64,000 nt of DNA from Gammaproteobacteria bacterium (GTDB lineage Bacteria; Pseudomonadota; Gammaproteobacteria; JABABF01): the NCBI GenBank assembly GCA_965237805.1, contig OZ250153.1, forward strand, positions 1,632,001-1,696,000, written 5' to 3'. Position 1 is the stretch's first letter. Each line of letters starts with the position of its first letter. Under the pieces are notes generated by a model that made no database searches, had not been told where the DNA came from, and saw nothing but the letters and a program-made list of their open reading frames with translations. The position numbers were made by a program, and so were the translations under genes. Of this stretch, positions 1 to 13,122 are shown one piece after another.

Positions 1-494
1 TGTCGGCGACCCGCTGTTGGAAGAGACCGACATCGGCCCGCTGATCAGCCCTGCAGAGGTGGCACGCGTGGACGAATGGGTGCGCGAGGCGGTGGCCGGT
101 GGCGGCGAGCTGCTGTGTGGTGGCGAGCGGCTCACTGAGACCAGCTACGCCGCCACCGTGGTCTTGGACCCACCTGCCGACAGCCGGCTGGCCTGCGCTG
201 AGATCTTCGGCCCGGTCATCTCAGTGTTCAGCTGCGCCGACCGAGCAGAGGCCATCGCCCGTGCCAACAGCCTCGATGGCCTTCCAAGCGGCGGTCTTCG
301 GGCGCGTCGGCACCTTGCTGGACACGGCGCGGCGGCTGGATGCCTCTGCGGTGATGGTCAACGACCACACCGCCTTCCGCGTCGACTGGATGCCCTTTGC
401 CGGACGGCGCAGCTCTGGTCTCGGGGTCGGCGGCATCGGCCACACGATGGCCGATATGTCGCAGGAGAAGCTGCTGGTGATGCGCTTGGACTGA
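1..494 (+). pseudogene. Aldehyde dehydrogenase C-terminal part, runs off the window edge, frameshifted near 278
   Basis: ETDIGPLISP, EIFGPV and MPFAGRRSSGLG motifs are split over two frames (ORFs 17 and 99). A 2-bp deletion (gat--ggcc) relative to the copy at 3442 causes the shift. Could be a sequencing error. Confidence 0.75.
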
Positions 495-599
495 GACCCG
501 GCAGGGCGGTGGCGCATCCCCGTTCTCCCCATCCTCTAGCTACCGGATGGCTTCATCTTAGCACGGCCAGCTGATTGATCAGAGCTTCCTTAAGTGGTT

Positions 600-1460
600 T
601 TATCCGCTTGAATAATTAACTTTCACAAGTTTAGAGTCAATGTAATGGCCATGCGGATCAGAATCTAATTTATTCTCATCTTGCAGAAAATCAGCAGAAT
701 AGTTTTCGTTTGACACATAAATATGCGCCTTGTTCTCGCTACAATCAAAAGCTATATTTTTTGCGGTATTCTGGGTGATTGTGTTATAGCCTGCGTAATA
801 GTTGATATTTTCTGATGGAGCTTCTCCAATTACAATAATCTTAGGGTCGATGCTCTCTAACCAGTCAGTTGGGCTTTGCCGCTATCTCTTCCATGGTGTG
901 GGGCATGTCGGCTTTACCTGGAGCCTATTTTCCATGAAGTCTGATTCAAGATCTCCCATCCAGAGAAATTCCGCTCCATCTTTTAAACTATATTTAACTA
1001 CACATGAAATGTTATTAGGGCTTTCACCATCCTTTACTTTCCGAGCGATTTAAAATATTCATTTGATGTGATTGGCCATAGATGCCAATGCCAGAAGATC
1101 CTCTCCCATTTAGCTTGATTCAGCAGCATCTTTTGCAGCACTCTTTTTTGAATGATCTCTCAGTTCGCAATAGCGCTTGAAATCGACTGTCTCGGATTCC
1201 TTGGTGGCTGTTGTTGCGCAATAGAAATTTTTAATTTGCATTTTTTTATCCAACGCCACTAGATTTCTTATATGGCACCGTCTGGATGCGTTGAAATAAA
1301 GCGTTCAATTCCTTTGGCTGAAGATTGCCGTTCAATCTCGATTAGAATCCATTCTTTATTTTCATCTGACATGCAACGCAATCATAGTGAAATTATCACT
1401 TTCATGCTTGATATAGAACATGTCGCCATCACCTACGGCTAGTGACTTGACGGTGCTCAT
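600..1460 (-). pseudogene. MBL-fold (ComEC-like) metallo-hydrolase, multiply frameshifted
   Basis: Manual translation of the minus strand gives MSTVKSLAVGDGDMFYIKH, FISTHPD, SPNNISCVVKY, WMGDLE, PHHGR and IIVIGEAPS in shifting frames; low GC. Confidence 0.65.
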
Positions 1461-2391
1461 GAGGCTTTCTCCTGCCGCGCTATTTCGATTCGTTGCCATA
1501 GGAAGTCTGTTTATGATAAGCAGCAAGGAAAAGGATGGTAACCATTATTACAGACCAAAGGTGATGCTGGTTTCAATGAGAACGACAAAATCTAGTTGGC
1601 TGCGGGCCAAATTGTTTCGGTTTGTTCATAGATTCTGGCTATTAAGAGAACTATAAACAAAGCAACAAAAGTGCGGTACATATTATTCACCTCAGAGAGG
1701 AGTTCGATCTTTTCATCTTTTTTTGATGCTGAAATAAAATCCCCGTAATTTTCGTGGCTAGGTAATAGGAATTTTTTCGGCGAGTATTAGAGCCCCCACT
1801 CTACTGATGATTGCCAATAAAGTAGTAGAAGAATACACCGGTGAGGAGGCTGTCTTGTATAAACGAGCGTTGCAGGAAAGCCTCCGCCAAGATGCAAAGA
1901 CCGTCCCTGTCAACAGATAGTTGAAGATGTCGTACGATGAGAATTTATCAGATATTTCATTTGTTATCTATTTTCCTATGGTTTCCTGTTGGTGATTGTC
2001 TGCTACCCGGTCATTACCGTATACGGTTTGGCACTATACCATTATTTTAGGGAATTACATACTTGCTTGCCGCGCAAGTCAAGATCCGCATAGTCGTGGC
2101 TAGGCATGGTTTTATGGATTCGGCTCCAGCCTTGATTCGTAACAAAAAAAGCCGCTCTCGCTTGGCCTGTATCCTTATTGAGGATGAAAATGACATTTTT
2201 GTGGCCACCACGCATCATGCTATACGGCATTTTGTCAACCATGGCCACTAGCGAAGTAAGACTGCGTCACGACTGCCACAAACCGGCAATTGGGGCAGTT
2301 TGGTGGATTGGGACATGCTGAAGCCTTGGTTCGTCTAGGCCAAGCGATGGATGCACTCTTTCATGCGCTTGTTAGCGGGCCAGTCTCATCA

Positions 2392-3246
2392 TCAAAATGA
2401 ACCGCAGCGCGTAGCTATTGGTAAGAATCGATCTAGTGTTATCCGGAATTCTTGCCATGTCCTGCGCTTGCATCCAAGCCAAGACCTTCCCCAGGTGGAC
2501 TTGTAGGCACGAGTGAGCCAATAGTCGTGCCACGGTCGACGGCCTTCCTCATCTGCTGGATTTCGTTTCTCCAGTAGGCGAAGAAGTCCGGGCGGATTGA
2601 GCCTAGCGTAGATCACATCTTTGCTAATGGAGCTACCCACGCGGGGTTTGCGGTTTTCTACCCGGATTGCTGTGGCCAGCATTTCTTCCCACTCATCCAC
2701 GCGCAGCGGTATATATGTTCATAAAATTCTAATGGGAACTGGTGACCGAGCTTAATGTATTCATGAGCCAAGATGGCTTCAAATGTCTCGCGTAGTGTGC
2801 GTTTGCCGAGTCTTCATAGCCAATAGCCCATGGCAACTGGCCACACCCATTAGTGCCCTGCCCAGCATCTCTGCAGCGGCAATGCGCACACTGTGGCTTA
2901 GTCAGCGCCCCATCTTGCTTGGCGCTAAGCCAGACCTGTATCAGGTTGGGTAGCAAGAGGGCGTCAAATCCGCGTGCTCGGCCACCACGCCTCAATGTAT
3001 ACGGAATTGGGCGAAAAGTAGGAAGCGATTTATCCTTTGCTATATATGCCGACTTATGCTCTCGATTCGCATGGCAAAAAGTAGGAATCGGCTCCCAATG
3101 CGGATTGAGAGTGTGGTGCGCCCAATACGTCCTCAAGAGCGCCTGATTACCCGCGCCACAGCGCAGGCAATCTCCGCACATGCCGTCCCTAACCGCTTTG
3201 AATGATTGCGTCGGCCTTCATCTAATTTGCTTTTATTATCTTTCAT
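2392..3246 (-). pseudogene. P63C-domain protein, frameshifted
   Basis: Fragments RPIPYTLRRGGRARGFDALLLPNLIQVWLSAKQDGALT, FPLEFYEHIYR, DVIYARLNPPGLL..RNP..GRR and WQEFRITLDRFLP resemble P63C proteins. Confidence 0.6.
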
Positions 3247-3440
3247 GCCGCGGATAGGTGAGCCGCTTGCCAACCGCCGTAGCGAGGCGATGCGCTCCAT
3301 CGTGTGGCGCGCACATTGCCAGCTCACATGGCAGTGCTTCTGGCTCCAATTGTGGTAAACGCCATTGTAGCCGCGCTTCAGCACCGCCCAGCTCTCTATT
3401 CCATTGGTGCTGCCATGCCATTCACATACTCCCTGCCGAT
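3247..3440 (-). mobile_element. IS1595-family transposase C-terminal remnant
   Basis: STNGIES.WAVLKRGYNGVYHNWSQKHC, ARHTMERIASL and VGKRLTY motifs, broken by small deletions. Confidence 0.7.
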
Positions 3441-3441
3441 G

Positions 3442-3705
3442 GCTGCGCCGACCGAGCAGAGGCCATCGCCCGCGCCAACAGCCTCGATGTGGCCTTCCAA
3501 GCGCGGTTTTCGGGCGCGATATCGGCACCTTGCTGGACACGGCGCGGCGGCTAGACGGCGCGCCTTCCGCGTCGACTGGATGCCCTTTGCCGGACGGCGC
3601 AGCTCCGGTCTCGGGGTCGGCGGCATCGGCCACACGATGGCCGATATGTCGCAGGAGAAGCTGCTGGTGATGCGCTTGGACTGAGACCCGGCAGGGCGGT
3701 GGCGC
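3442..3705 (+). repeat. Near-identical direct copy of the ALDH 3' end plus ~20 bp past the stop (231-515)
   Basis: Direct alignment by eye; differs mainly by short deletions. Confidence 0.95.
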
Positions 3706-3713
3706 GCCGTCAG

Positions 3714-4439
3714 CTAGGTCACCGTGGCCGAGCCGAGTAACCACCAAGCGGCGAGCGCGAGCAATATCAGTGCCGTGGACAGCGCCATCAGTGCGCGCCA
3801 GTTCCCCATCAGTCGGCGCAGCTGTTCTTCGCTCAGGCGTGATGCCACGCCGCTGATGATGGCGAAGCGCGCGCCGCGCCCGCAGCCCGACGCGATGATG
3901 AAGCCCAGCAAGGGCTGCGCCATCACACCTGCGGTGAAGGTGAACAGCTTGAAGGGCAGCGGCGTGAAGCCGACGATCAGCAGCGCCCACACCCCCCAGC
4001 GGTGGAACCAGGAGCGTGCGGTGTCGAAGTGCGCGGCGTAGCTGGGGTGCCGGTAAAGCCACGGCTCCAGCCACTCGAAGAAGAAGCTGCCGATGGCGTA
4101 GCAGCACAGCCCGCCCAGCACTGAGCACAGCGTCGCCAGCAATGCCAGCTGCCACCAGCGCCTGGGCTGCGCCAAAGCCATCGGTGCCAAGATGGCATCG
4201 GGCGGCACCGGCAGGATGATCGCCTCGCTCCAACTGACAAATACCAGCGTCCAGACGGCGTAGCGGTGGCGGGCTGCGGACAGCGCCCAAGTCATCATCG
4301 CCGAGCTCCAAGCCTTCCAGTCCGAGCTCAGTGCCTGATCGGCGGCGGTAGTTGCCCTTGCCGCCACAGCTGGCTCGCTCTCCGCATTGCTCGTCTGAGC
4401 CAGAGCTGGTTGCAGCTCCGGAGAAGATGACTCTGCCAT
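3714..4439 (-). CDS. YqaA/DedA (SNARE-associated) family membrane protein
   Basis: SWSEAIILPVPPDAILAPM, SVLGGLCCYAIG, GFTPLPFKLFTFTAG and GRGARF motifs. Confidence 0.85.
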   Translation of the reverse strand: MAESSSPELQPALAQTSNAESEPAVAARATTAADQALSSDWKAWSSAMMTWALSAARHRYAVWTLVFVSWSEAIILPVPPDAILAPMALAQPRRWWQLALLATLCSVLGGLCCYAIGSFFFEWLEPWLYRHPSYAAHFDTARSWFHRWGVWALLIVGFTPLPFKLFTFTAGVMAQPLLGFIIASGCGRGARFAIISGVASRLSEEQLRRLMGNWRALMALSTALILLALAAWWLLGSATVT

Positions 4440-4510
4440 GGTAGTCTGCCCCTCATGTTGCAGCATCCGCAACGAGTCAGCTATGATGCATTCTAGCACT
4501 GGGGGCGGCC

Positions 4511-4590
4511 TTGCTAAGGCTCCAAAACATGGGCTATAATAGCCGTCTAATCTCCTGCCCAAGTGGTTGGAGACTGCTATTTGTCAACTG
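4511..4590 (+). promoter_or_regulatory. Sigma70-like rRNA promoter with boxA-like element
   Basis: TTGCTA(4511)-18 bp-TATAAT(4535), then TGCTATTTGTCAAC near 4576 resembling rrn boxA. Confidence 0.6.
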
Positions 4591-4849
4591 GTAGAGCCAA
4601 GGTGCGTGGCTGCCCGCAAGGGTACGCCGCGCAAATAAATCGCTTATATAGAAGCGAATTTTTAGCTGATAGATAATTAGTTAATGGGTTTTATTAAGGG
4701 CATGTGCCCTATTAATGCGCATGTCCGGCGAAATAAGATCGCGGGTGCCAGCAAGTAGCTCGGCAACCCGCCTCTGTGATCTCAACGCCCCATAGAGTGG
4801 GCGTTTACCCAGTCTGGTGACACTTCGGTGCCGCTGTTCCGGGTGATAG

Positions 4850-7786
<2,937 letters not shown>

Positions 7787-7889
7787 TATCACCCGGGCCA
7801 GTGGCCCGGACCGGATATGCGTTGTAGCGCGCATCCCTTGATAGCCCATGCGCCGCTTTTGCGGCGGCCTCGGCTCTACCAACCTTTTA

Positions 7890-8008
7890 TGCCTGATGAA
7901 CACAGAGCGCTGGTCCCACCCGATCCCATTCCGAACTCGGCAGTGAAATGGCGTATCGCCGATGGTAGTGCGGGGTCTCCCCGTGTGAGAGTAGGACATC
8001 GTCAGGCA
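7890..8008 (+). rRNA. rrf: 5S ribosomal RNA
   Basis: TGCCTGATGA...CCCATTCCGAACTCGGCAGTGAA...GATGGTAGTG...GAGAGTAGG...TCAGGCA with complementary ends. Confidence 0.96.
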
Positions 8009-8020
8009 CCCTTGGCGCGC

Positions 8021-8054
8021 CGCCGCCCCAGACCAGGGGCGGCAGCCTTTTTTT
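8021..8054 (+). terminator. Rho-independent terminator of the rRNA unit
   Basis: GCCGCCCC-AGACCA-GGGGCGGC hairpin followed by a T7 run. Confidence 0.75.
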
Positions 8055-8187
8055 GTGGCCTCCCTGTCGCGGAAGTCACTGCAATCCGGCTCTGAGGATC
8101 GGCTGGCGTTGCAGCTGTAATTCGCTGTTGTACGCCGCCTCTACGGACTGCGCCACCGTCTCCGAGCGGAGCGTTGCGAAGACACCC

Positions 8188-9086
8188 ATGGCAAAAAACA
8201 GGCGCGACTTCGTAACGCGGGCAAGGAACTGGTTGCAGAACAACAAACACCACTTTGAGGATCTGCCTATCTTTGTGGTCGGCATGGGCCATTCGGGCAC
8301 AAGCGCACTTTGCCAAGCCTTGCAACGGCATTCCCAAGTGAGGATGCTAGCCAAGAGGCCCCGCTATTTGGAGATCTGGGGCAGATGGCTTTCCGCTACG
8401 GTTGCGAGCCCTCAGTATTAGGCAATCCTTATGTGCCGGGTTCGGTGAAGATCAGTGCGGAACAGTTTGGCAAGATGCTCAGGGATTTATGCTACCGTTG
8501 CGCTTTCGGCACCACCTCCCCGGGTTTGAAAGGCTTGCTGGTTTGGCGCAACCGACATCCGCAGTACCGCGGTCACGGCCCCAAAAAATACTGGGGCATC
8601 AAAACCTTCCCTAATGAGCAGCAGGCTGCAGGCTTGCGGTGGCTCTATCCGCAGGCTAAATTCCTGCTCATCGTCAGAAACGGCATGGATGTCGTGCAAT
8701 CGATGTCGGGCTATGGTTATTACTCGCAACAGTCCTTCGAAGAGCGTTGCCGCACTTGGAATACGGTGATGATGAGCTATCGCTTCCTCGGAGACCGTGC
8801 CGAGGCGCTGACCTTGGGCTTCGAGGATTTGCTGGGGGACCCTGCAGCGGTTTTGGCACGCGTTTGGGGTCATTTAGAGCTGGCTGCGGATCCCGCGCCA
8901 GCACATTTCCTATCCTCCACTTTTGTCCACACCCAAAACAACCCGGTAATAAAGGAAAGCGACCCGCTGGTACAGCTGCGCAATCGCTCAGCGGCTTATC
9001 AGGATTGGAGTAGCGAAGAAAAAGCTGTTTTCAAGGAGCTGTGCGCAGAATCCATGGCCGAGCTCCGTTACGACATACCGTTTTGA
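8188..9086 (+). pseudogene. Sulfotransferase family protein with one frameshift near 8355
   Basis: PAPS-binding IFVVGMGHSGTSAL lies in frame 8053; EAPLF, WGIKT, IVRNGMDVVQS and FEDLLGDP lie in frame 8310. Confidence 0.75.
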
Positions 9087-9139
9087 GCGGTGATCGAAAA
9101 AGCAAGGCTGATCATTGCACGAAGCCACAGCCCGCCGCT

Positions 9140-9720
9140 TTAATCCACCACTTCGTGCTTTGAGGGCAGATACCGTTGCAGTGGGTATTTATTCTCGGTG
9201 CATTTCATGCGCTGGATGGCGCTGCTATGCACTTTGGCACCGTCAGGGAGTTTGCGCCGTTTGGGTTGGAGTCTACGCCAGGGCAGCTTCTTCGCTTCGT
9301 CATGCGGCTTGTCATGGGAATCAGCTCGATAGGACTGTTGGCGCAATGCTTGGCGGTTGATTGTTAGACCACGTGCCAGTGCTTTGTGCGCCATCCACTG
9401 CAATGCGCAGTTCGAGAGCCCGCACTCAGCGTAGCCGCCGCCCACATCCGAATGTGATCCGGCAAACCACAGCTGTTCTATAGTCTGCTTCGGTGTTTGT
9501 CGGCTTTCATCCCACAGGGAGGGCTTAAAAGCCGTGCGCCTTTCGTCGATGGCCAGTGCATGGTAGGCAAAGGGGATATCAGGGTTCAGCCGGGCATCGT
9601 GAAAGCGGTGGCGCAGCCGCAGCGGCTCGCAGCGTCCCCCGGCTTGCGGCGCCAGCGTCGCGCCGCTGCGCGTGGGCGGACTATTTGGCCCACCGCCGCC
9701 GAGCGCATCGCCAGCCTGTT
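9140..9720 (-). pseudogene. Degenerate, internally deleted copy of the PEGA-lipoprotein 3' end fused to the DUF2235 C-terminal half
   Basis: PQAGGRCEPLRLR matches PQAGGRCEPLQLR of the 12482 gene. RFHD..YHALAIDERR..QLWFAGSHSDVGGGY..EVVD matches the 11468 gene. Confidence 0.85.
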
Positions 9721-9781
9721 GCCTATTCTTAGGTTGATCTGATATGATGAAAATCTTGCGAGACCAGCTGGAGCCAAGTCG

Positions 9782-11110
9782 ATGAAAGCTATTCCACAGG
9801 TGAGCGGTGCCCAGGGCGAAATGGGTCATTTCGCGGAGTTCTGTGCCAACCCGGCACTGTTTCTCAAACGTGCGCACAAGGAAAACGGCGAGCTGTGCGA
9901 GTTCGACTTGGCTGGCCTTAAAACGGTGCTGATGGTTTCTGCCCAAGCGCAGGAACTGGTTTTCCGGGCACCGGATGAGCAGCTCAATGCCGCCGCGGCC
10001 TACCAGCTGATGGTGCCGGTTTTTGGTGAGGGCATCCAGTACGGGGCACCTCCGGAGATCGAGCGCCAGCAGCTCAAAATGCAGGCACGGGGTCTGCGGC
10101 AGGACCGCATGAAAACCTATGCCGCGATCATCGCCCAGGAAGTGGAAGACTGGATCGGCAGCTGGGGAGATGAGGGCGAGCTCAATATTTATGAGGCCTT
10201 TACCCGGCTGACCCTGAAGACCTCCACTCACTGCCTGATGGGGGCGGATTTTCGCTCGACCATGACCGAAGAATTCGCCGAGCTCTACCACGACTTGGAA
10301 TCGGCGGTCAGTCCCGAGGCCCTGCGCGACCCCGACGACGCACAGGATGCTGTCTTTGTACAGCGCGATAAGGCGCGGGCTAGGCTCGGTGAACTGATCA
10401 GCGAGCGTGTCGCCCAGCGCCGGGCCAGTGGCGTAGTCCACGAGGATATGTTGCAGATCTATATTGATGCGACTTATCAGGATGGCCGCCCGCTCAGCGA
10501 CCATGAAATTACCGGCATGGTGATCTGGTTCATGTTTGCCGGTCATCACACCAGTGGCAATACCTCCAGCTGGACGGCGGTGGAGCTGGCCAAGAACCCA
10601 GCACTGGCCGCCGAGATCACCGCCGAGATCAAAGCGCTCTACCGCCAAACCAGTGAGCTGAGTCGCACCGCCCTCAAGACGATCCCCAAGCTGGAGGCGT
10701 TCATCATGGAAACCCTGCGCCTGCACCCGCCCTTGGTGACGCTGACCCGGCGGGTGATGCAGGACTTTGAGTACAAGGGCTATCCCATCACGGTTGGCAA
10801 GAATGTCATGGTCTCGCCCTATGTGGCGCACCGGCTACCGGAGCATTTCCCTGATCCGGAGCGCTTCGATCCCTCCCGCCAGGAGCCGGACAATGTGTTT
10901 GCGTTTATCCCCTTTGGCGGTGGCCACCGCAAATGTGTCGGCAATGCCTTTGCCATTCTGCAGGTCAAGGCCATCTTTTGTGCGCTGCTGCATCACTACC
11001 GCTTTGAGCTGGTGGATGCGCCGGAGACTTACACCGATGTCATGCCCTCGCTGATCCTGCGCCCCAGCGACCCCTGTCTACTGCGTTATCGGCGTCAAGA
11101 GGCCGCCTGA
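9782..11110 (+). CDS. cyp51: Cytochrome P450, CYP51 (sterol 14-alpha-demethylase) family
   Basis: AYQLMVPVFGEG, MFAGHHTS, ETLRLHPP and the heme motif PFGGGHRKCVG; resembles mycobacterial and Methylococcus CYP51. Confidence 0.85.
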   Translation: MKAIPQVSGAQGEMGHFAEFCANPALFLKRAHKENGELCEFDLAGLKTVLMVSAQAQELVFRAPDEQLNAAAAYQLMVPVFGEGIQYGAPPEIERQQLKMQARGLRQDRMKTYAAIIAQEVEDWIGSWGDEGELNIYEAFTRLTLKTSTHCLMGADFRSTMTEEFAELYHDLESAVSPEALRDPDDAQDAVFVQRDKARARLGELISERVAQRRASGVVHEDMLQIYIDATYQDGRPLSDHEITGMVIWFMFAGHHTSGNTSSWTAVELAKNPALAAEITAEIKALYRQTSELSRTALKTIPKLEAFIMETLRLHPPLVTLTRRVMQDFEYKGYPITVGKNVMVSPYVAHRLPEHFPDPERFDPSRQEPDNVFAFIPFGGGHRKCVGNAFAILQVKAIFCALLHHYRFELVDAPETYTDVMPSLILRPSDPCLLRYRRQEAA

Positions 11111-11113
11111 GCT

Positions 11114-11386
11114 ATGGGCTGTTACCGCATCAAGCTCGATATGCAGCTGTGCCAAGGGCACGGCGAGTGCGCCGAAGAGGCACCGGAGGTCTTCTCGGTG
11201 GATTATGAGCGGGGCGGCTACCCCAAGGTCAGGGTGTCGCAGGCCATGCCCGCTGAGCGTTTTCGTGAACAGGTCGAGGCCGCCGCCAAGTATTGCCCGA
11301 ACCGGGTCATACAGGTGATTGACCTAGACGATGAGCAGCAGCAATGCACCGATCAGGTCGATCAATCCGGCACCGGCCCTGGTTGA
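11114..11386 (+). CDS. 3Fe-4S ferredoxin, P450 partner
   Basis: CQGHGEC...CP motif; lies directly after CYP51, as Rv0763c does. Confidence 0.85.
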   Translation: MGCYRIKLDMQLCQGHGECAEEAPEVFSVDYERGGYPKVRVSQAMPAERFREQVEAAAKYCPNRVIQVIDLDDEQQQCTDQVDQSGTGPG

Positions 11387-11467
11387 AGCTTGTGGCGATC
11401 CCGAGGCGATGATGGAGTGGCATCGCAGCTGGACACGATCTGTCTGTTCTGCGCCGCCAGCTCTGTT

Positions 11468-12436
11468 TTAGTCCACCACCTCGTAGTCCGCGGGCAGCTG
11501 GGGGCGGTAGTGATGCTCGCTCCGCTCCATGCGCTCGCTGACGCTGCGGTGCAACTTGGCACTCTCCGGGATGCGCCGCCGTCGGCTGCCGCGCGCACGC
11601 CACAGGGCTTTGCGCGACTCGTCGTGCTGCTCACAGTGCGGGTTGGCACGATGTTGTCGCATCAATGTCCGGCGATCCAATCGCACCCCGCAGGCCAGCG
11701 CTTTGCGCGCCATCCATTGCAGCGCCCCGTCGGCCAGCCCACAGGCTTCGTAGCCGCCTCCCACATCCGAATGCGCCCCCGGGAACCACAGCTGCTCGAT
11801 AGTCTGTGCGGGCGTTTTGCCGCTCTCATCCCATAGGCAGGGCGGAAAGTCCTTGCGTTTTTCATCGATCGACACGGCGTGATAGCCGAAGCACACTGCG
11901 GGGTTCAGCGCGTGGTCGTGGAAGCGGTCGCCAGCATTTGCCCGCAGCGATGCCACGGTATCCCAGACGCCGATGAAATACACCGGGCAGGGGCGCGCAA
12001 ACACCGTCTTGAAGCTGGCCGCGATCGCCGCGTTGTCGGCGGTGTTGTAGAGCTTGCCAGCGTACTCCACCATATTGTCCAGATCGTCTCGCAACAGCCC
12101 TACCTTGTGCAACATGCCAGCCAGTGAGCGCGCGGTGAACGCGCCGCGAGAAAAGCCGAAAAGATAGATGCGATCGTCCGCCCGATAGTGCCGCATCAAA
12201 TAGCGGTAGGCATCTTGCACATTTTTTTGCACACCGGCACCGCTGGCTTTGTCCCATGCGCCGCGCAGATTTTGCGTGCTGTATTCCCAGCCCCCGGTGC
12301 CCACGCCCGGATCGTAAAAAGCTAATTGATTGGCATCTTTTTGTAGCAACGAGTACAGCTTGACCACATTGCTGTTGATCGCGCCGTACTCATTGCCGGT
12401 GCCGTCACAACATAGAACGATATTGCGCACGGTCAC
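11468..12436 (-). CDS. DUF2235 alpha/beta hydrolase (Tle1 phospholipase-like)
   Basis: CCDGTGN, YDPGVG, GFSRGA, GVWDTV, HAVSIDE and WFPGAHSDVGGGY motifs. Confidence 0.85.
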   Translation of the reverse strand: MTVRNIVLCCDGTGNEYGAINSNVVKLYSLLQKDANQLAFYDPGVGTGGWEYSTQNLRGAWDKASGAGVQKNVQDAYRYLMRHYRADDRIYLFGFSRGAFTARSLAGMLHKVGLLRDDLDNMVEYAGKLYNTADNAAIAASFKTVFARPCPVYFIGVWDTVASLRANAGDRFHDHALNPAVCFGYHAVSIDEKRKDFPPCLWDESGKTPAQTIEQLWFPGAHSDVGGGYEACGLADGALQWMARKALACGVRLDRRTLMRQHRANPHCEQHDESRKALWRARGSRRRRIPESAKLHRSVSERMERSEHHYRPQLPADYEVVD

Positions 12437-12481
12437 CCTCAGCGTAGCAGTCGGTGGGACGACAGTGCCGACACATCCCCG

Positions 12482-13021
12482 CTAGATGCGGTGCCTGGGG
12501 CCACAGCAGTGGCGTGGTTCGCGCAGCTCCTGAGGTGCCTGTGGGCGGCGCAGCTGCAAAGGCTCGCAGCGCCCCCCAGCCTGTGGGATCAGGATGGCCT
12601 CGCTGCGTTCGTGCGGCGTCAATTCCATCAGCGCACCGCTGATCTTGTCTATCCCGGCCATGATAAAGCCGCCGATCATCACCATATTGAAGGCGGTGAA
12701 GCTCTTGCCGCGGGGGCTGAGCTGGGTGCCGATCTCAAGCTCGACTGGCTCGTGGCAGTCTTTGTAGAGTCGCACGTGCAGCGCTTGTTTGCGCTTCAGG
12801 CGCAGCTGACATGGGGTGGTGCAGCGCTTGCCGTTGGAGAGCAGTGCGGTGGCACCCGCTGGCGCGCTGGTGATGACATAGTCCTGCCGCGTGCCCAGCG
12901 CCAGTGTGCCACAACCGCTGAGCGTCAGCACCGCAACCACAGCCGCCATCGCCATGCGGCGGTGGCCGCCGCTAGGACGCTGCGGGCGACGGGAGACCGA
13001 GACGAATTGCAAGCGCAGCAT
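12482..13021 (-). CDS. PEGA-domain lipoprotein (start uncertain; alternative 12955)
   Basis: Lipobox LSGC, then ITSAPAGAT..CTTPC.L.LKRK. Confidence 0.65.
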   Translation of the reverse strand: MLRLQFVSVSRRPQRPSGGHRRMAMAAVVAVLTLSGCGTLALGTRQDYVITSAPAGATALLSNGKRCTTPCQLRLKRKQALHVRLYKDCHEPVELEIGTQLSPRGKSFTAFNMVMIGGFIMAGIDKISGALMELTPHERSEAILIPQAGGRCEPLQLRRPQAPQELREPRHCCGPRHRI

Positions 13022-13122
13022 GGCGCAAGATTATAGGCGCAGCGCAGCGCCCCGCGCCGTCAGTCCCCGGGGGCGCCATAGTAAAATGATTGTTCTGCGT
13101 TTTTGTCGCCATCCAGTCCTCC

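Noticed and set aside
574-593. Possible IS5-like end (TTAAGGAAGCTCTGATCAAT on the minus strand) and an IS1-like GGTCATTACC near 2011
   Set aside because: No partner end, target duplication or transposase found.
3133-4311. 392-aa ORF containing transposase motifs
   Set aside because: Chance read-through of an off-frame yqaA segment, the antisense ALDH copy and the IS1595 remnant.
9140-10831. 563-aa minus-strand ORF as a real fusion protein
   Set aside because: The first two-thirds is the antisense shadow of CYP51; only the tail is a DUF2235 remnant.
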